Shown in pieces: positions 26,809-36,996 of a DNA stretch of 52,124 bases; within the stretch, counting starts at the first letter, position 1; each line of letters starts with the position of its first letter. The translations under genes were made by a program, and so were the position numbers. This stretch comes from a virus (Duplodnaviria > Caudoviricetes). The stretch covers positions 1 to 52,124 of the IMG/VR virus record IMGVR_UViG_3300036791_000069. One strand, 5' to 3'. The notes beneath the pieces are model-generated. The model had not been told where the DNA came from. It worked only from the letters and a program-made list of their open reading frames with translations, and ran no database searches.

Positions 26809-29133
26809 ATGGAAGAACTTACAGGTTACAAAAACTGGGTAGTAACATACCCACACGACAAGATTCCGTTGAATCCCTATACAGGCAAAAGAGCAGATGT
26901 GAACGATCCTCTGACGTGGGGAGACTTCGGAACTGCCGACGCTTGCGTGTCATTCAACAAACATCTGACGTTGGGGTTCGTGCTCACACAGACACCATAT
27001 TCCTGCATCGATTTGGATACCTACAAGACAAAGAATCCTGTCATCATCGACTACCATCGGCAACTGTATGAAGCGTTTCATACCTATTCTGAATTAAGTC
27101 CAAATGGTGGCGTCCATCTTTGGTGCGTGGCGAAGTTAGGGATTGATGGCAAACGATTGCCACAGCAGTTCGTTGAAGTCTACTGCAACAAGCGGTACAT
27201 GACCGTCACCCGGCAATCACTAAACGGCAGCAGAATCGAAGAGCGGCAAAAGTATTTGGAACAGTTTGTCACTTGGTCATCGCAACAGGTTCAGGCGCAA
27301 TTGGCTCAATTTACCAGTGCGCCGGAAGTTGCCAGCGATATCGAAGTCTGCACAATGGCCGCGAACGCGTTCAACGGGGAACTGTTTAGGGAACTGTATT
27401 TGGGTAACTGGCATACGCGTTATCCGTCGCAGTCTGAAGCTGATCAAGCGTTGGTCAACATCATCGCATTCTATACGGACTCGAAAGATCAGGTTGGACG
27501 CATCTTCCATAATTCTGAATTAGGAAAACGTAAGAAAGCACACCGGCAATCCTACTTGTATGATCCGAAGTATGGCATCATCACACGCGCATTCGATCAA
27601 AAGTTGCCAAACGTCTACTTCAAAGATATTCAAGACATAGTTGCAAGTAAGGTTCACGAAGAGGCATTGAAAGCTATCGCTGCCCCGGTGCCAGGATTCA
27701 CTACCACACCACGAAACCCGGATTTAGTTAAAGCAATTCAAAAGCTGCCAGAGTTTGTGAAAGAGGAATTGGATATTAAGTTTGATGATTTCCCCGTTGG
27801 ACTGATGGGTGATATCGCCAAGTTCATTTATCGCAATTCCGTCAGACCAGTAAAAGAGATTGCTATTGCCGGTGCCATTGCATTGATGGCAGGAATTTGC
27901 GGCAAGTTCTACAACATATCTGAAATGGGTTTGAATCATTATATTGCCATTCTCGCACCCACCGGCAGCGGCAAAGAGGGTGCATCGTCCGGGATCAATC
28001 GTTTAGTTAATTACGTTTCCGAAAAGTTTCCAACCATTGGCGTCTTCATTGGACCGGACCAGATCGCATCGCCACAAGCGTTGGTGCGGCATCTGGCGGA
28101 ACCCAATTGCTCTTGTTGTGTTTCGCGCAAGGGTGAAATGGGATTGTGGATTCAAAAGATTTGCGCACGGCATACGAACGACAACAATATTGGATTAAGA
28201 GAAACGTTGTTGAGTTTGTATACCACTTCCGGCAAAGGCAAGATTTACCGCGAGACCATACGCGCCGATAAAGGCAAGGATACACCAGCTATCAAGTCAC
28301 CAGCGTTTTCATTGTACGGGGATTCAACACCGGAAGTGTTCTATGCAGCATTGGATGAGAACCAGCTTGATCAAGGTTTGATTTCGAGATTCACTGTGAT
28401 CGAGTGCGGTCCGGACCCGGAGTACATGTTTAATCCTTTGCATGACAAAATCGAACCTGATCCAAACTTAATTGAAAGAATTGCAGGGATGGCTAAACAC
28501 GTACTGGCAGGACACGAAGCCAGCATGACAATGGATATCGACATGACACCGGAAGCGGCGAAGTGTTTAGACGCTTTTAGAGTGGAGTGCGATGCGAAGC
28601 TATTGGATAATCAGGACTCAGCCGAAGCGAAGGTCTACACCAGAGGGTATGAACGGCTGTTGCGTCTCGCCGGGTTGGTAGCTGTTGGCGTTGATCCGAA
28701 TTATCCCATTGTCACTCTTGATATCGCAGTGTGGGCAAAGAAATTCATATTGCGCAGCATGATCAACGTCATCCTCAAGTTTGAACGCGGGGAAGTGGGG
28801 GAGTCGAATCTATACTTGGAACAACGGGCGGCAATGATCCAGATCATCCGCCACTACTGGAAAGTAGGGTGGAAGGATTCGTATCTTGAACAGTTTAATA
28901 TCAGCAAAGAAATGTACGAATGGAAGATCATCACCCGCAATTATTTAAACAACAAGATTCGCGGATATGCAGCGTTCCGAAAGGCAAGGAACATGAAACT
29001 GGACTTTGACAACGCTTGCATGGATTTAGTTAAGAACGGTGCAATTGTAGGCATTGAGATGGGAAAGATACGCGAGTCATTGCGGACTGGTATTGCATAT
29101 TACATCCACGATGTGACGTTACTAAAGGAGTAG
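26809..29133 (+). CDS. Primase-polymerase (NrS-1-like) fused to a DUF3987-like helicase
   Basis: 'CIDLD', 'YSELSPNGGVHLW', 'SQSEADQAL', Walker A 'APTGSGKE'. Confidence 0.85.
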   Translation: MEELTGYKNWVVTYPHDKIPLNPYTGKRADVNDPLTWGDFGTADACVSFNKHLTLGFVLTQTPYSCIDLDTYKTKNPVIIDYHRQLYEAFHTYSELSPNGGVHLWCVAKLGIDGKRLPQQFVEVYCNKRYMTVTRQSLNGSRIEERQKYLEQFVTWSSQQVQAQLAQFTSAPEVASDIEVCTMAANAFNGELFRELYLGNWHTRYPSQSEADQALVNIIAFYTDSKDQVGRIFHNSELGKRKKAHRQSYLYDPKYGIITRAFDQKLPNVYFKDIQDIVASKVHEEALKAIAAPVPGFTTTPRNPDLVKAIQKLPEFVKEELDIKFDDFPVGLMGDIAKFIYRNSVRPVKEIAIAGAIALMAGICGKFYNISEMGLNHYIAILAPTGSGKEGASSGINRLVNYVSEKFPTIGVFIGPDQIASPQALVRHLAEPNCSCCVSRKGEMGLWIQKICARHTNDNNIGLRETLLSLYTTSGKGKIYRETIRADKGKDTPAIKSPAFSLYGDSTPEVFYAALDENQLDQGLISRFTVIECGPDPEYMFNPLHDKIEPDPNLIERIAGMAKHVLAGHEASMTMDIDMTPEAAKCLDAFRVECDAKLLDNQDSAEAKVYTRGYERLLRLAGLVAVGVDPNYPIVTLDIAVWAKKFILRSMINVILKFERGEVGESNLYLEQRAAMIQIIRHYWKVGWKDSYLEQFNISKEMYEWKIITRNYLNNKIRGYAAFRKARNMKLDFDNACMDLVKNGAIVGIEMGKIRESLRTGIAYYIHDVTLLKE

Positions 29134-29135
29134 AA

Positions 29136-29369
29136 ATGACGGATTCGCGTTTACATTTAATTCTAGGTCATGTAGCCGGATTTACAGCACTGCTAACGTT
29201 AAGCTTTCTGGCATATCACATTGCCTATGGAATAGTTGAGCAAAAAACTAGCTTCGGATTGGATACTATTGTCGGTGGTTTAATTTTTATGTTGGCTCAA
29301 TATGCACAGTGGGCGTTTTATCACCACCGGCAGACTGCTGGCGTTGACAACGGCAAAACAGACATTTAA
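29136..29369 (+). CDS. Two-TM membrane protein (holin candidate)
   Basis: AAGGAG RBS; two hydrophobic segments. Confidence 0.5.
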   Translation: MTDSRLHLILGHVAGFTALLTLSFLAYHIAYGIVEQKTSFGLDTIVGGLIFMLAQYAQWAFYHHRQTAGVDNGKTDI

Positions 29370-29393
29370 TTGATTCACTATTGAAGAAGTGAT

Positions 29394-29630
29394 ATGATGC
29401 GCGGCAGGGGGAATAAGACGTTGACAGTAGACCAATCGTTCTTTTCGGTAATGGGTTTGATGGTGGCACAAACAGGCGTAATCCTCGGTCTGGTATATCA
29501 GGCGATTCACAAGCTGAGTGACAGGATAGATCGTCACTACGAGAACTTCAACAATCAGGTAACAACGCTTCTAACCACGATCCACGGTGTAGACGTGCGA
29601 CTGGTTAAAGTTGAAGAGAAAAATAAATAA
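29394..29630 (+). CDS. TM plus coiled-coil small protein
   Basis: 'GLMVAQTGVIL' followed by heptad repeats; start uncertain. Confidence 0.55.
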   Translation: MMRGRGNKTLTVDQSFFSVMGLMVAQTGVILGLVYQAIHKLSDRIDRHYENFNNQVTTLLTTIHGVDVRLVKVEEKNK

Positions 29631-29760
29631 AAAGTCGCCAGATGAAGTTTTTAGGGGGGTGACTTGTTTTTTGAATAGGGGGGGGTCAACAAATCTTCAT
29701 TTTAAATTCATACTGGTTAATTAAGTAAAGTAGAAAGAGAGAATTACCAGCGTTTTCCTG

Positions 29761-29789
29761 TTGATATCAGACTGGTATCAGTGTATATT
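29761..29789 (+). promoter_or_regulatory. Sigma70-type promoter
   Basis: TTGATA-17 nt-TATATT. Confidence 0.55.
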
Positions 29790-29795
29790 CGGACT

Positions 29796-29910
29796 TGTCA
29801 TTACTGATGGTGTCTGCGTTGTTTCCCAGATGTGGTGACATTCAGCTAACCCCTTGTTTGAAAAAGTGATTCCCTCTTACGTTGGTTTCTGCGTAAGAGG
29901 GTTCTTTTTT
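29796..29910 (+). ncRNA. Candidate small RNA, about 115 nt
   Basis: Lies between a promoter and a terminator; stem TGTCATTAC/GTGGTGACA. Confidence 0.4.
29872..29910 (+). terminator. Intrinsic terminator
   Basis: CCCTCTTACG...CGTAAGAGGG followed by TTCTTTTTT. Confidence 0.7.
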
Positions 29911-30451
29911 GGCGACGTTGGCCGGGGTGAATCCTCATGCCTCGACCTCTCCCCTAGACGCTCTAGGTTACTTTGGTCACACGCGTTGATTCTAAAGGAC
30001 TTAGCTAAGTGCCTGATTCTAAAGGGGTTATCAGCGCATTCCGGCCTAGTGGACAGGGATTTGGTGCCGTTTGTTGATTCTAAATGACTTCGATATGGTG
30101 CGCGTCTAATAGCGCATAGGCGGATTATGGCGCGAATCCAAACGTGGGCGCATCGCAAATCCGGACATAGTACGGGTCCACCCGTATCGCACGGCGAGTC
30201 TGTACCTATGCTGTGGTGCCGCGCTGCTAAGGGTTTGGACAATGGTAAGAACACAATTACAGAGCATAGCAGAGACAGCGGAGGAAAGCAAGTCTAAGTT
30301 ATTGATTTAATTGAGTTTATAGACGTTAGTAGAATTGATTAGAAATAGACGCTATACAAGACACTGGACAGTGTAAGGGTAGACGCTGGACGAACGGCGA
30401 AACCATCTGGACGCTAGACACTGGTAAACGCTGGTATGCCCACAAACGCGA

Positions 30452-30479
30452 ACGGCGAGACCGTTTAGAGTCTCGCCGT
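30452..30479 (-). terminator. Hairpin ending the leftward early operon
   Basis: ACGGCGAGAC...GTCTCGCCGT. Confidence 0.55.
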
Positions 30480-30502
30480 ATGGGTTTGGGTTTGGTTGTG
30501 TG

Positions 30503-31117
30503 CTAGTCTTCGTCTTCGTTCACTTCCCCTGTAATCACTAGGACAATACCTATTGCTTCAATTAGCTCTGATGTGAGCATGTCCAATGACTCGCCGTTCA
30601 AATCTCTGGCGTATATCCCATGCTTGTGTGTGTCTCGGACGTTCGGACCATTCGGACGAAAACCAAATCCCTCTTGGAAACATTCGTTATCCATCCAAGC
30701 TTCGGGATTCGGAGTCTCTATCGTTTCCCAACGAATGAATTCTGGTAAAAGCTTTCCTCCATTGCTAGCAGGGTAATCTTCGTTGGTTGCAAAACGTTCG
30801 CCAACTTGTGTGTGATCAGTGGACACTAGGACGCTAGAATCTTTGACCACTTTTTTGTGTTCGCAAGTGAAACCGTACTCTTTAATGATTTCGTCCAGTG
30901 TCTCACTTGCTTCCGACATGAATTCATCTTCGCAGATGGAATAAGCATCTTCCCACGTTTTAGCACGAACGATACCGCTTACTCCCATTGAATCGCGGTA
31001 TACCCACAGTGGTCCGAATCCATCATCGTATGTTTTGATTGGATATCCGAAAATACCAGTTGCTGAGTCTAGCGATTGTCCATCCTTGATCAGTGTTGTT
31101 TTGGGTTCGTTTTTCAT
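30503..31117 (-). CDS. Hypothetical acidic protein
   Basis: 204 aa; AAGGGGAA RBS. Confidence 0.65.
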   Translation of the reverse strand: MKNEPKTTLIKDGQSLDSATGIFGYPIKTYDDGFGPLWVYRDSMGVSGIVRAKTWEDAYSICEDEFMSEASETLDEIIKEYGFTCEHKKVVKDSSVLVSTDHTQVGERFATNEDYPASNGGKLLPEFIRWETIETPNPEAWMDNECFQEGFGFRPNGPNVRDTHKHGIYARDLNGESLDMLTSELIEAIGIVLVITGEVNEDED

Positions 31118-31308
31118 TTGCTTTCCCCTTTGTCAGTGAACAGTCCGGACTCGAAAGCATCATCAGCGCATCCACTGCAAAAAAGCGTTCCGGTTTCATC
31201 TTCCATATCGACTCGGTACAACGTCGTTTTCGCGAAGTTTGTGCAAGTGTTATACGACGAATGCACTGGGCACAATGGATCAGTGCATTCGCAAATTAGA
31301 TTCTTCAT
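31114..31308 (-). CDS. Small Cys-rich protein
   Basis: Start MKNLICEC at 31308 after AAGGGGAA; CxC..C..H..C..CxxC. Confidence 0.6.
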   Translation of the reverse strand: MKNLICECTDPLCPVHSSYNTCTNFAKTTLYRVDMEDETGTLFCSGCADDAFESGLFTDKGESK

Positions 31309-31375
31309 TCTCAGTTTCCCCTTGTGTGTTATTTGGCTTTCCATCATCAGTGAGTACGGGTGCCACCCGTAACAG

Positions 31376-31407
31376 ACTAGAGACCGCATTGGTTCGCGGT
31401 CTCTAGT
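31376..31407 (-). terminator. 12-bp hairpin after the DUF932 gene
   Basis: ACTAGAGACCGC...GCGGTCTCTAGT. Confidence 0.55.
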
Positions 31408-31416
31408 TTCGGAAGT

Positions 31417-32514
31417 TTAGTTGATTCCTGCCATTTGCTTCGCAACGTCTACAGCGGATTGTTTCAATTCGACGTTAGAACCAAACCATGCGTTGTAGAG
31501 TCTAGAGTCTTGTGTGCGCGACGCCACGTGATCAGTGTAATAACTAACCCCGTTCAATGCGCCCCATAGGGTATTGTGAGCGGAGTCTAGATCACTACCG
31601 GGTGACGTGAGAATCGATTCAAGGATTGCTTTCCCAACCCGGTTTAACTTGTCTTCGCCGTTCTGGACTGCAATAGGCGCAAGCGAGACAGATGGGGATG
31701 TTCCCATGATGGCATCTAGCAAGCTTGCATCAGAGTCGAATCCGGTGGAGACCGCTTGCGTTGCTTGCGTTGCTTCGATGGTCTGATCAAGGATGCACTT
31801 GCCATCTAGCAGTTGAGAGATGAATTCGATTTGACCTTTACGGTCAATTGAGACGTTTTGCAGTTGAGAACCTAATGCGTTAAACTCTTCAATCTTTTCG
31901 ATTGCTATTCCCATTTGTTCTTTTGCGAGAGTGGCAGATTCGCTAGTCCACTCTTTAGAATGCTTCATTTTGAATCCGACACGTCCGGACCGCATGGCAG
32001 GAAACAACGTGTTATTGCAAACAGCACGTTCTTGCGTAGCAATCGCTTGAGTGGGAAGCGTACCATCATGGGAACCTACCATTAATAGATACCCTGTTAC
32101 AGTGTCGCCACCCTTCATTGTGACAGTGGTACGACCATTTAGTTTCGCTAATGCCCAAACCACTGCGCCACCCTTCAACGCGCCTATAACGTCCATTTGC
32201 GCGTGTCCAGCGTTGCAATATTCATCAAAGACACTCAGTATGTCTTTGTTTTGGTGTATCTGATAGCGTTTGGATGAGACGCCAAAAACCTTATTAGTGT
32301 CTCGCCGTCCGATTGCTTTGAAGTTGGCTAGAAACGCAGTGTTTGGGAGTCCAGCAAGTTCGATATCCATTGCTTCCACTGGAAAGTCCAGTCCAGCAAG
32401 TTTGAGCATAACCTCCGCTGTTGTACCAGCGTCTACTGAGGTTCCCAGTCCATGCCACGGTGCGCCGTTCGCACGATTCCAACTGATTTGATTGTCTTCG
32501 ATCATGTGTGCCAT
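31417..32514 (-). CDS. DUF932-family (phage/plasmid-like) protein
   Basis: 'MAH', 'PWHGLG', 'SHDG', 'RAVCNNT', 'TLWGALNGVS.YTDH'. Confidence 0.88.
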   Translation of the reverse strand: MAHMIEDNQISWNRANGAPWHGLGTSVDAGTTAEVMLKLAGLDFPVEAMDIELAGLPNTAFLANFKAIGRRDTNKVFGVSSKRYQIHQNKDILSVFDEYCNAGHAQMDVIGALKGGAVVWALAKLNGRTTVTMKGGDTVTGYLLMVGSHDGTLPTQAIATQERAVCNNTLFPAMRSGRVGFKMKHSKEWTSESATLAKEQMGIAIEKIEEFNALGSQLQNVSIDRKGQIEFISQLLDGKCILDQTIEATQATQAVSTGFDSDASLLDAIMGTSPSVSLAPIAVQNGEDKLNRVGKAILESILTSPGSDLDSAHNTLWGALNGVSYYTDHVASRTQDSRLYNAWFGSNVELKQSAVDVAKQMAGIN

Positions 32515-32580
32515 TTGTTTCCCCTTGTGTGTTGCTTGCGTTTTGTTTGGCTGTACGCTACAGCCTATTTTGGTTGAATA

Positions 32581-32790
32581 TTAGTTGTTGTTGTTGTTGT
32601 TGTTATTGTTGTTGTTGTTGATTGCATCCCATATGCGCGAATGATAATGATGATAAAAACGCAACCATCCATGTGCTACGGGTTTACCTGTTTGGTTGTA
32701 AATCCAACCGCCCGATTTACCTGTATAACCGTGATTACGTCCGTACCATTTTGCTGCATTGATACGTATTTCAGTTATTCCGATATGCAT
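32581..32790 (-). CDS. Hypothetical protein with poly-Asn tail
   Basis: 'GYTGKSGGWIY...HGW'; C-terminus encoded by an AAC tract. Confidence 0.5.
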   Translation of the reverse strand: MHIGITEIRINAAKWYGRNHGYTGKSGGWIYNQTGKPVAHGWLRFYHHYHSRIWDAINNNNNNNNNNNN

Positions 32791-33074
32791 GTAATTTCCT
32801 CAATTGCAAGTTTGGTTATTTCAGCAACCTGATTAACTGGTATTCCAGTAGCAATCATTTGTTTCGCAAGTTGAACCATAGAATTATGATTGTATGCATC
32901 GCTAGCCTTTTGTGATTCCGATAAGCAATCATTGCAAACAGTCTTAATGCTACGAATCCTAGTGCAAGCTGTACCCTCCACGTAAAGTTTGACAGTAGCG
33001 TAATAGCCAAACCTTGTTTGCTTGCAACTATTGCAAGTATGTTTACCGTGTTGTGTAGCTTGTTTGTGAATCAT
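32775..33074 (-). CDS. Hypothetical zinc-binding protein
   Basis: CNSC and CNDC motifs; AAGGGAA RBS. Confidence 0.55.
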   Translation of the reverse strand: MIHKQATQHGKHTCNSCKQTRFGYYATVKLYVEGTACTRIRSIKTVCNDCLSESQKASDAYNHNSMVQLAKQMIATGIPVNQVAEITKLAIEEITCISE

Positions 33075-33668
33075 TTGGTTCCCTTCGTTGTTACTGAATT
33101 AAGAATACATCAGTTCAGACGTTAGAACACTATAAGTGTTTAATTTATTTTAAGACGCTGGTAAGACGCTATCAATATAGGGGAATGTAGACGTTTGTTT
33201 GGTCTCTTGTTTCGCCGTTTGTACGCTGTTTTTGGGTGCGTGAGATTCGTGCGAATGTAACAACGAAGCATTTTGCCTACAAATGCATGATAACAGGCTA
33301 GTTAGATGCGATTTGAAATTATTTTCGTGCTCTGGTAGCGCGTTCGATAGATGTTGGTACGTGGGGTAGGATCATTTTTTGAGTCCGACAGCGCCACGGT
33401 ACCTAGAAACGCTAGCAAATGGCATATGCTAAAGTACCTGTATTTGTGTGTAAGTTATTGATTATAGGTCTGTTTCAGAGGGGTCAAAATCCCCAGTGTT
33501 TATAGGGATTCTAGCGTACTGAAAATGTAACACTCGCAAAGGTGCATGGATACTGGCGATTTCGCATTTCTGACGTGAAATGTAACAAGCGTGACGTTGG
33601 TAATGTTACGACGGTGGACGTGTTGTTACTTGTAGTTGGGTTGTGGATTGGTTATTCAATTGCCTACA

Positions 33669-34229
33669 CTAGTTGGGTGTGTTGGTAGACGGTGGTTTGA
33701 ATATTTGATTAAGTTTTGCTGTCTTCGTTCGTTGGTCTCGCAGTGTGATTCCTGTATCGATGCGGAGTTTCATTTGTCTATCGAATGGCAGCGCATCGAA
33801 TGAATTCTCTGAGATGTTATGGTGCGCACAAACTTGCGCTGTTGTAGCGTGTATGCTTCCGGAAGTTTGCAATGGTTGTTTTGGTTTGGGTAGTGTTAGT
33901 TTGGTGGCGTCTATGGTTTGGCCGTGACGGTTGAATTGTCGCGAGTCCGGACAGTTCCAAACGTACCAATTGCCATGCGGAGGTTTGTCTTTGTGGAACT
34001 TTAGGTTTGTGTGTTTGAGCCTATTAGCGCGTGATATCCGATTACGTAACACGCTTTCGATCAACTGCATTTGTTCGTGAGGTTCGATGATGATGTGTTC
34101 ATTAGGTGATAGCGCATCTATACGTTTGCCAATTGATTGCATGAGTGATTTGTTAGAGTGATTAGACAGTTCGCCGTGGCGTCTAGCACGTGATGCGTAG
34201 GACGGGCGGCCTTTGTATTTTGTACTCAT
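33669..34229 (-). CDS. Hypothetical basic protein
   Basis: 186-aa ORF with a TTGACT...GATACT promoter-like element just upstream. Confidence 0.5.
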   Translation of the reverse strand: MSTKYKGRPSYASRARRHGELSNHSNKSLMQSIGKRIDALSPNEHIIIEPHEQMQLIESVLRNRISRANRLKHTNLKFHKDKPPHGNWYVWNCPDSRQFNRHGQTIDATKLTLPKPKQPLQTSGSIHATTAQVCAHHNISENSFDALPFDRQMKLRIDTGITLRDQRTKTAKLNQIFKPPSTNTPN

Positions 34230-35335
34230 TTTGGACTCAGTATCATTTTGGTGGTGTGAAAGTCAATGGGTTGGCTACTTGGGAATGGAATCAAAAGGAT
34301 GCTGTTTTTTTCAGTCGAACCCTATTATTGGCCAAAAAGTGAAAGTGTTGGCTACTAGGGTATTGAATCAATAGGTAACAGGGTCCAGTGTGGGGAATCG
34401 ACAATATTTCTAACGTTCACGTTATAACATATGTTATAACATACTCCATACTAGACTGTACTACTACTACTACTACACTACATACTGTATATATATGTAA
34501 TTAAATATAGTTAGCTCAGGCTTCGACAAACACTCTGATTCGCTATCAGAGTACAACTGGACTCATCCACTAATAGATTCAATGACTTATCCACTAGCAC
34601 TGTTAACTGTTACGTGGAAAACGTACCGGACTGACGCGCCGTCGAATGGTCAGATTCAATTAAGTCTATTAGAATCAACACCACTCGCGCAAGTCTAATT
34701 GAATCAATGCACGTTCTATTCCCTTTGTTATCAATGGTTTGCAACTAGCTGGCGGAAGTCCTTTAGAATCAGGGGGGTAGGGTGTCAGGGCGCGGCGAAG
34801 CTCGTACAAAATTCCAGCATCTATACAACAGCAATCTACATTATCAATTAGCATCTAAATTCAATTAAACATATGTTTTTTCACTCTCCGGTGAACTTTA
34901 AAAAAGGTACCATCCAACCCATATGGTACCAAAACCCAACCCTACCAACAAGTTACAGTATCACAAAAAGCTAAGTCCTTTAGATTCGATGAAACTATTC
35001 AGTGCTGAATAATTCGCACTCAACACCCCTTGCACACCTAGCCAAGACACATTCCCCTTGCACCCATCGCACCTGTGGGTATACCAATACGTGGAGTGCC
35101 GCTTACCATGACCACACTGTATCGAGTTGAACTGAAAGGTCTCTGTGCTGGTGTCGTAACTCAACAAGACCTTATCGTCAGGAGGGAATCTGTCTAATTG
35201 CCGTTGGGAGAGCACCCCGACTAAATTAAATTAAATCTAATACATACCTTAAAATATTTCATTGACAAACCATAAACTACACTCTTGACAAAATCAGAGT
35301 GTTTCTGCGATTATTTGGCGTAGGGGATAACGTCT

Positions 35336-35485
35336 ATGACTGAAAAAGAAGCAATTCATCTGATGAGAACTGAGAAAGAGGTTGTTGCGCTCAATGCACG
35401 CGCATACTTGATCTTTCTCGTGCTTGGAATGGAACTGTTGGGTAAGGGTATAGCCAACGTTGCAAAAGTAACGAAGGGATACTGA
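35336..35485 (+). CDS. 49-aa ORF upstream of the integrase
   Basis: AGGGG RBS; MTEKEAIHLMRTEKEVVALNARAYLIFLVLGMELLGKGIANVAKVTKGY. Confidence 0.45.
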   Translation: MTEKEAIHLMRTEKEVVALNARAYLIFLVLGMELLGKGIANVAKVTKGY

Positions 35486-35488
35486 GCG

Positions 35489-36625
35489 ATGGCGAAAGCA
35501 AAGCTAGCACCGGGGTTAAAGGTTCGCAAGGGTTGGTACCATTATGACTTTATGCATAATGGTGTTCGCCAGCTTGGATCATTCAAAACACAAAACAAAA
35601 CAGTGGCAGAACAATTGTTGCGTGAGCGGCGGAACCAGCTTGCGTTAGGGAATTTGGTTGACGAACGAAAGTTAAACAAAAGCAAGTTCTTTCGTAATGA
35701 AGTAACTGATTATATCAACCGTATGAAGCCAACTTGGACGCCGAAGACGGCGGAAATGCACAACACATCCTTGCCGAAGGTGGTTGCGTATTTTGGTGAC
35801 ATGGTGTTGAACCAGATCAGGACGCGTGAACTAGAGTTGTATCGCGTACATCGGTCTGTGCAACTGACCCGGCGTGGAACCCCACCATCCAATTCAACTG
35901 TTAACCGGGAAATTGCTCTGGTGCGGCAATTGCTCTCTGATCATGACTTGTGGGTAAGAGCAAAGGGAACCAAGTTCGTGAACTTGAAGGAAAACGATTT
36001 TGTTGGACGCGCACTGACCAGAGAAGAAATCAGCAAGCTTGCCGAAGCTTGCAAGTTGTCACCGTCGCGCATCCTGTATCCAGCGTTCATGGTGGCAGTT
36101 CTTACCGGACTTCGGCGCAATGAGATAACGAAGCTTAGATGGCGTAGTGTCGATTTGATCGATGATAAGATCACGGTTGAACGTACAACCACTAAGTCAA
36201 AAGCCGGGGCGCGAGATGTGCCGTTGAATGCCCAAGCACTAGAAATAATTAAGAATTGGCGTTCTGGGTTTGAGGCATTGCCGGGTCATTTCGTGTTCTG
36301 CCGTCATCGCTATGGTTACGATGGTGGTGTCAAAAGCTTTCCTGAAAAGTCCTACAATACGTGGTACGCCGCTTGGAACAAGGCTAGGGACGCTGCCGGT
36401 GTCGATTGCCGGTGGCACGATCTACGCCACACGGCAGCTAGCATTCTGGGCAAGTTCGCGTCTCGTGCCACGATGAAGAAAGTTCTAGGCTGGAACAACG
36501 AACAAATGCTGGACCGGTATTGCCACTCAGAGAAGCAGGATCAGCAACAGGCTGTCCAGATGGCCGGGTCGTTCTTCACCAGCGAAGTCTTTAATCAAAA
36601 CAACGTATCGGAGTCGATTCAATGA
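35489..36625 (+). CDS. int: Tyrosine recombinase / integrase
   Basis: 'TGLRRNE', 'TTKS', 'WHDLRHT', 'LGW', 'DRY' catalytic residues. Confidence 0.93.
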   Translation: MAKAKLAPGLKVRKGWYHYDFMHNGVRQLGSFKTQNKTVAEQLLRERRNQLALGNLVDERKLNKSKFFRNEVTDYINRMKPTWTPKTAEMHNTSLPKVVAYFGDMVLNQIRTRELELYRVHRSVQLTRRGTPPSNSTVNREIALVRQLLSDHDLWVRAKGTKFVNLKENDFVGRALTREEISKLAEACKLSPSRILYPAFMVAVLTGLRRNEITKLRWRSVDLIDDKITVERTTTKSKAGARDVPLNAQALEIIKNWRSGFEALPGHFVFCRHRYGYDGGVKSFPEKSYNTWYAAWNKARDAAGVDCRWHDLRHTAASILGKFASRATMKKVLGWNNEQMLDRYCHSEKQDQQQAVQMAGSFFTSEVFNQNNVSESIQ

Positions 36626-36819
36626 AAACTCTTACGGGACCAAAGTTGGGATATGTCGTTCGAGAATTAGAAAAGCTTTGTGGCAAGTTGGAGGTTGTGC
36701 AATCCAAAGTTCCAGAAAGCGAGTCGGACATTCGTTATCAACTAGGGGTGATTAAAGCCACTCTAATTGACGCTGTTCGTACATGTGAGCGCAGAATCAA
36801 GGACAGACCAAACCTATGA
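36622..36819 (+). CDS. Hypothetical protein
   Basis: ATGA overlap with int. Confidence 0.5.
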   Translation: MKTLTGPKLGYVVRELEKLCGKLEVVQSKVPESESDIRYQLGVIKATLIDAVRTCERRIKDRPNL

Positions 36820-36992
36820 AAACGGCAAAGAAAATTGTCGTTGCTGTTGAACTTCAATGTCCGGATTGTGGCGCGGAAATACCGTCGCCGGGTGGTTCTC
36901 TCTACTGGGCAGTTAACGAAATCGGTTCAGAAGGTGCCTATTGCTTTTGTAGGCATTGCAAGCAACAACTCAAGTTTCCGAAGGGACTTTAA
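36816..36992 (+). CDS. 58-aa zinc-ribbon protein (not in the ORF track)
   Basis: ATGA overlap; 'QCPDCGAEI...YCFCRHCKQ'. Confidence 0.6.
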   Translation: MKTAKKIVVAVELQCPDCGAEIPSPGGSLYWAVNEIGSEGAYCFCRHCKQQLKFPKGL

Positions 36993-36996
36993 TCAA

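Noticed and set aside
29854-30291. ORFs of 61-125 aa in the intergenic region
   Set aside because: They cross a terminator and repeated DNA motifs, and lack an RBS or protein-like motifs.
34907-34950. A second pentamer array (accca accct accaa)
   Set aside because: Only about three units, with no linked gene or boundary motifs; compatible with chance.
36835-36996. N-terminal half of the 116-aa track ORF
   Set aside because: Better explained by the zinc-ribbon ORF at 36816-36992 in another frame plus a true start at 36997.
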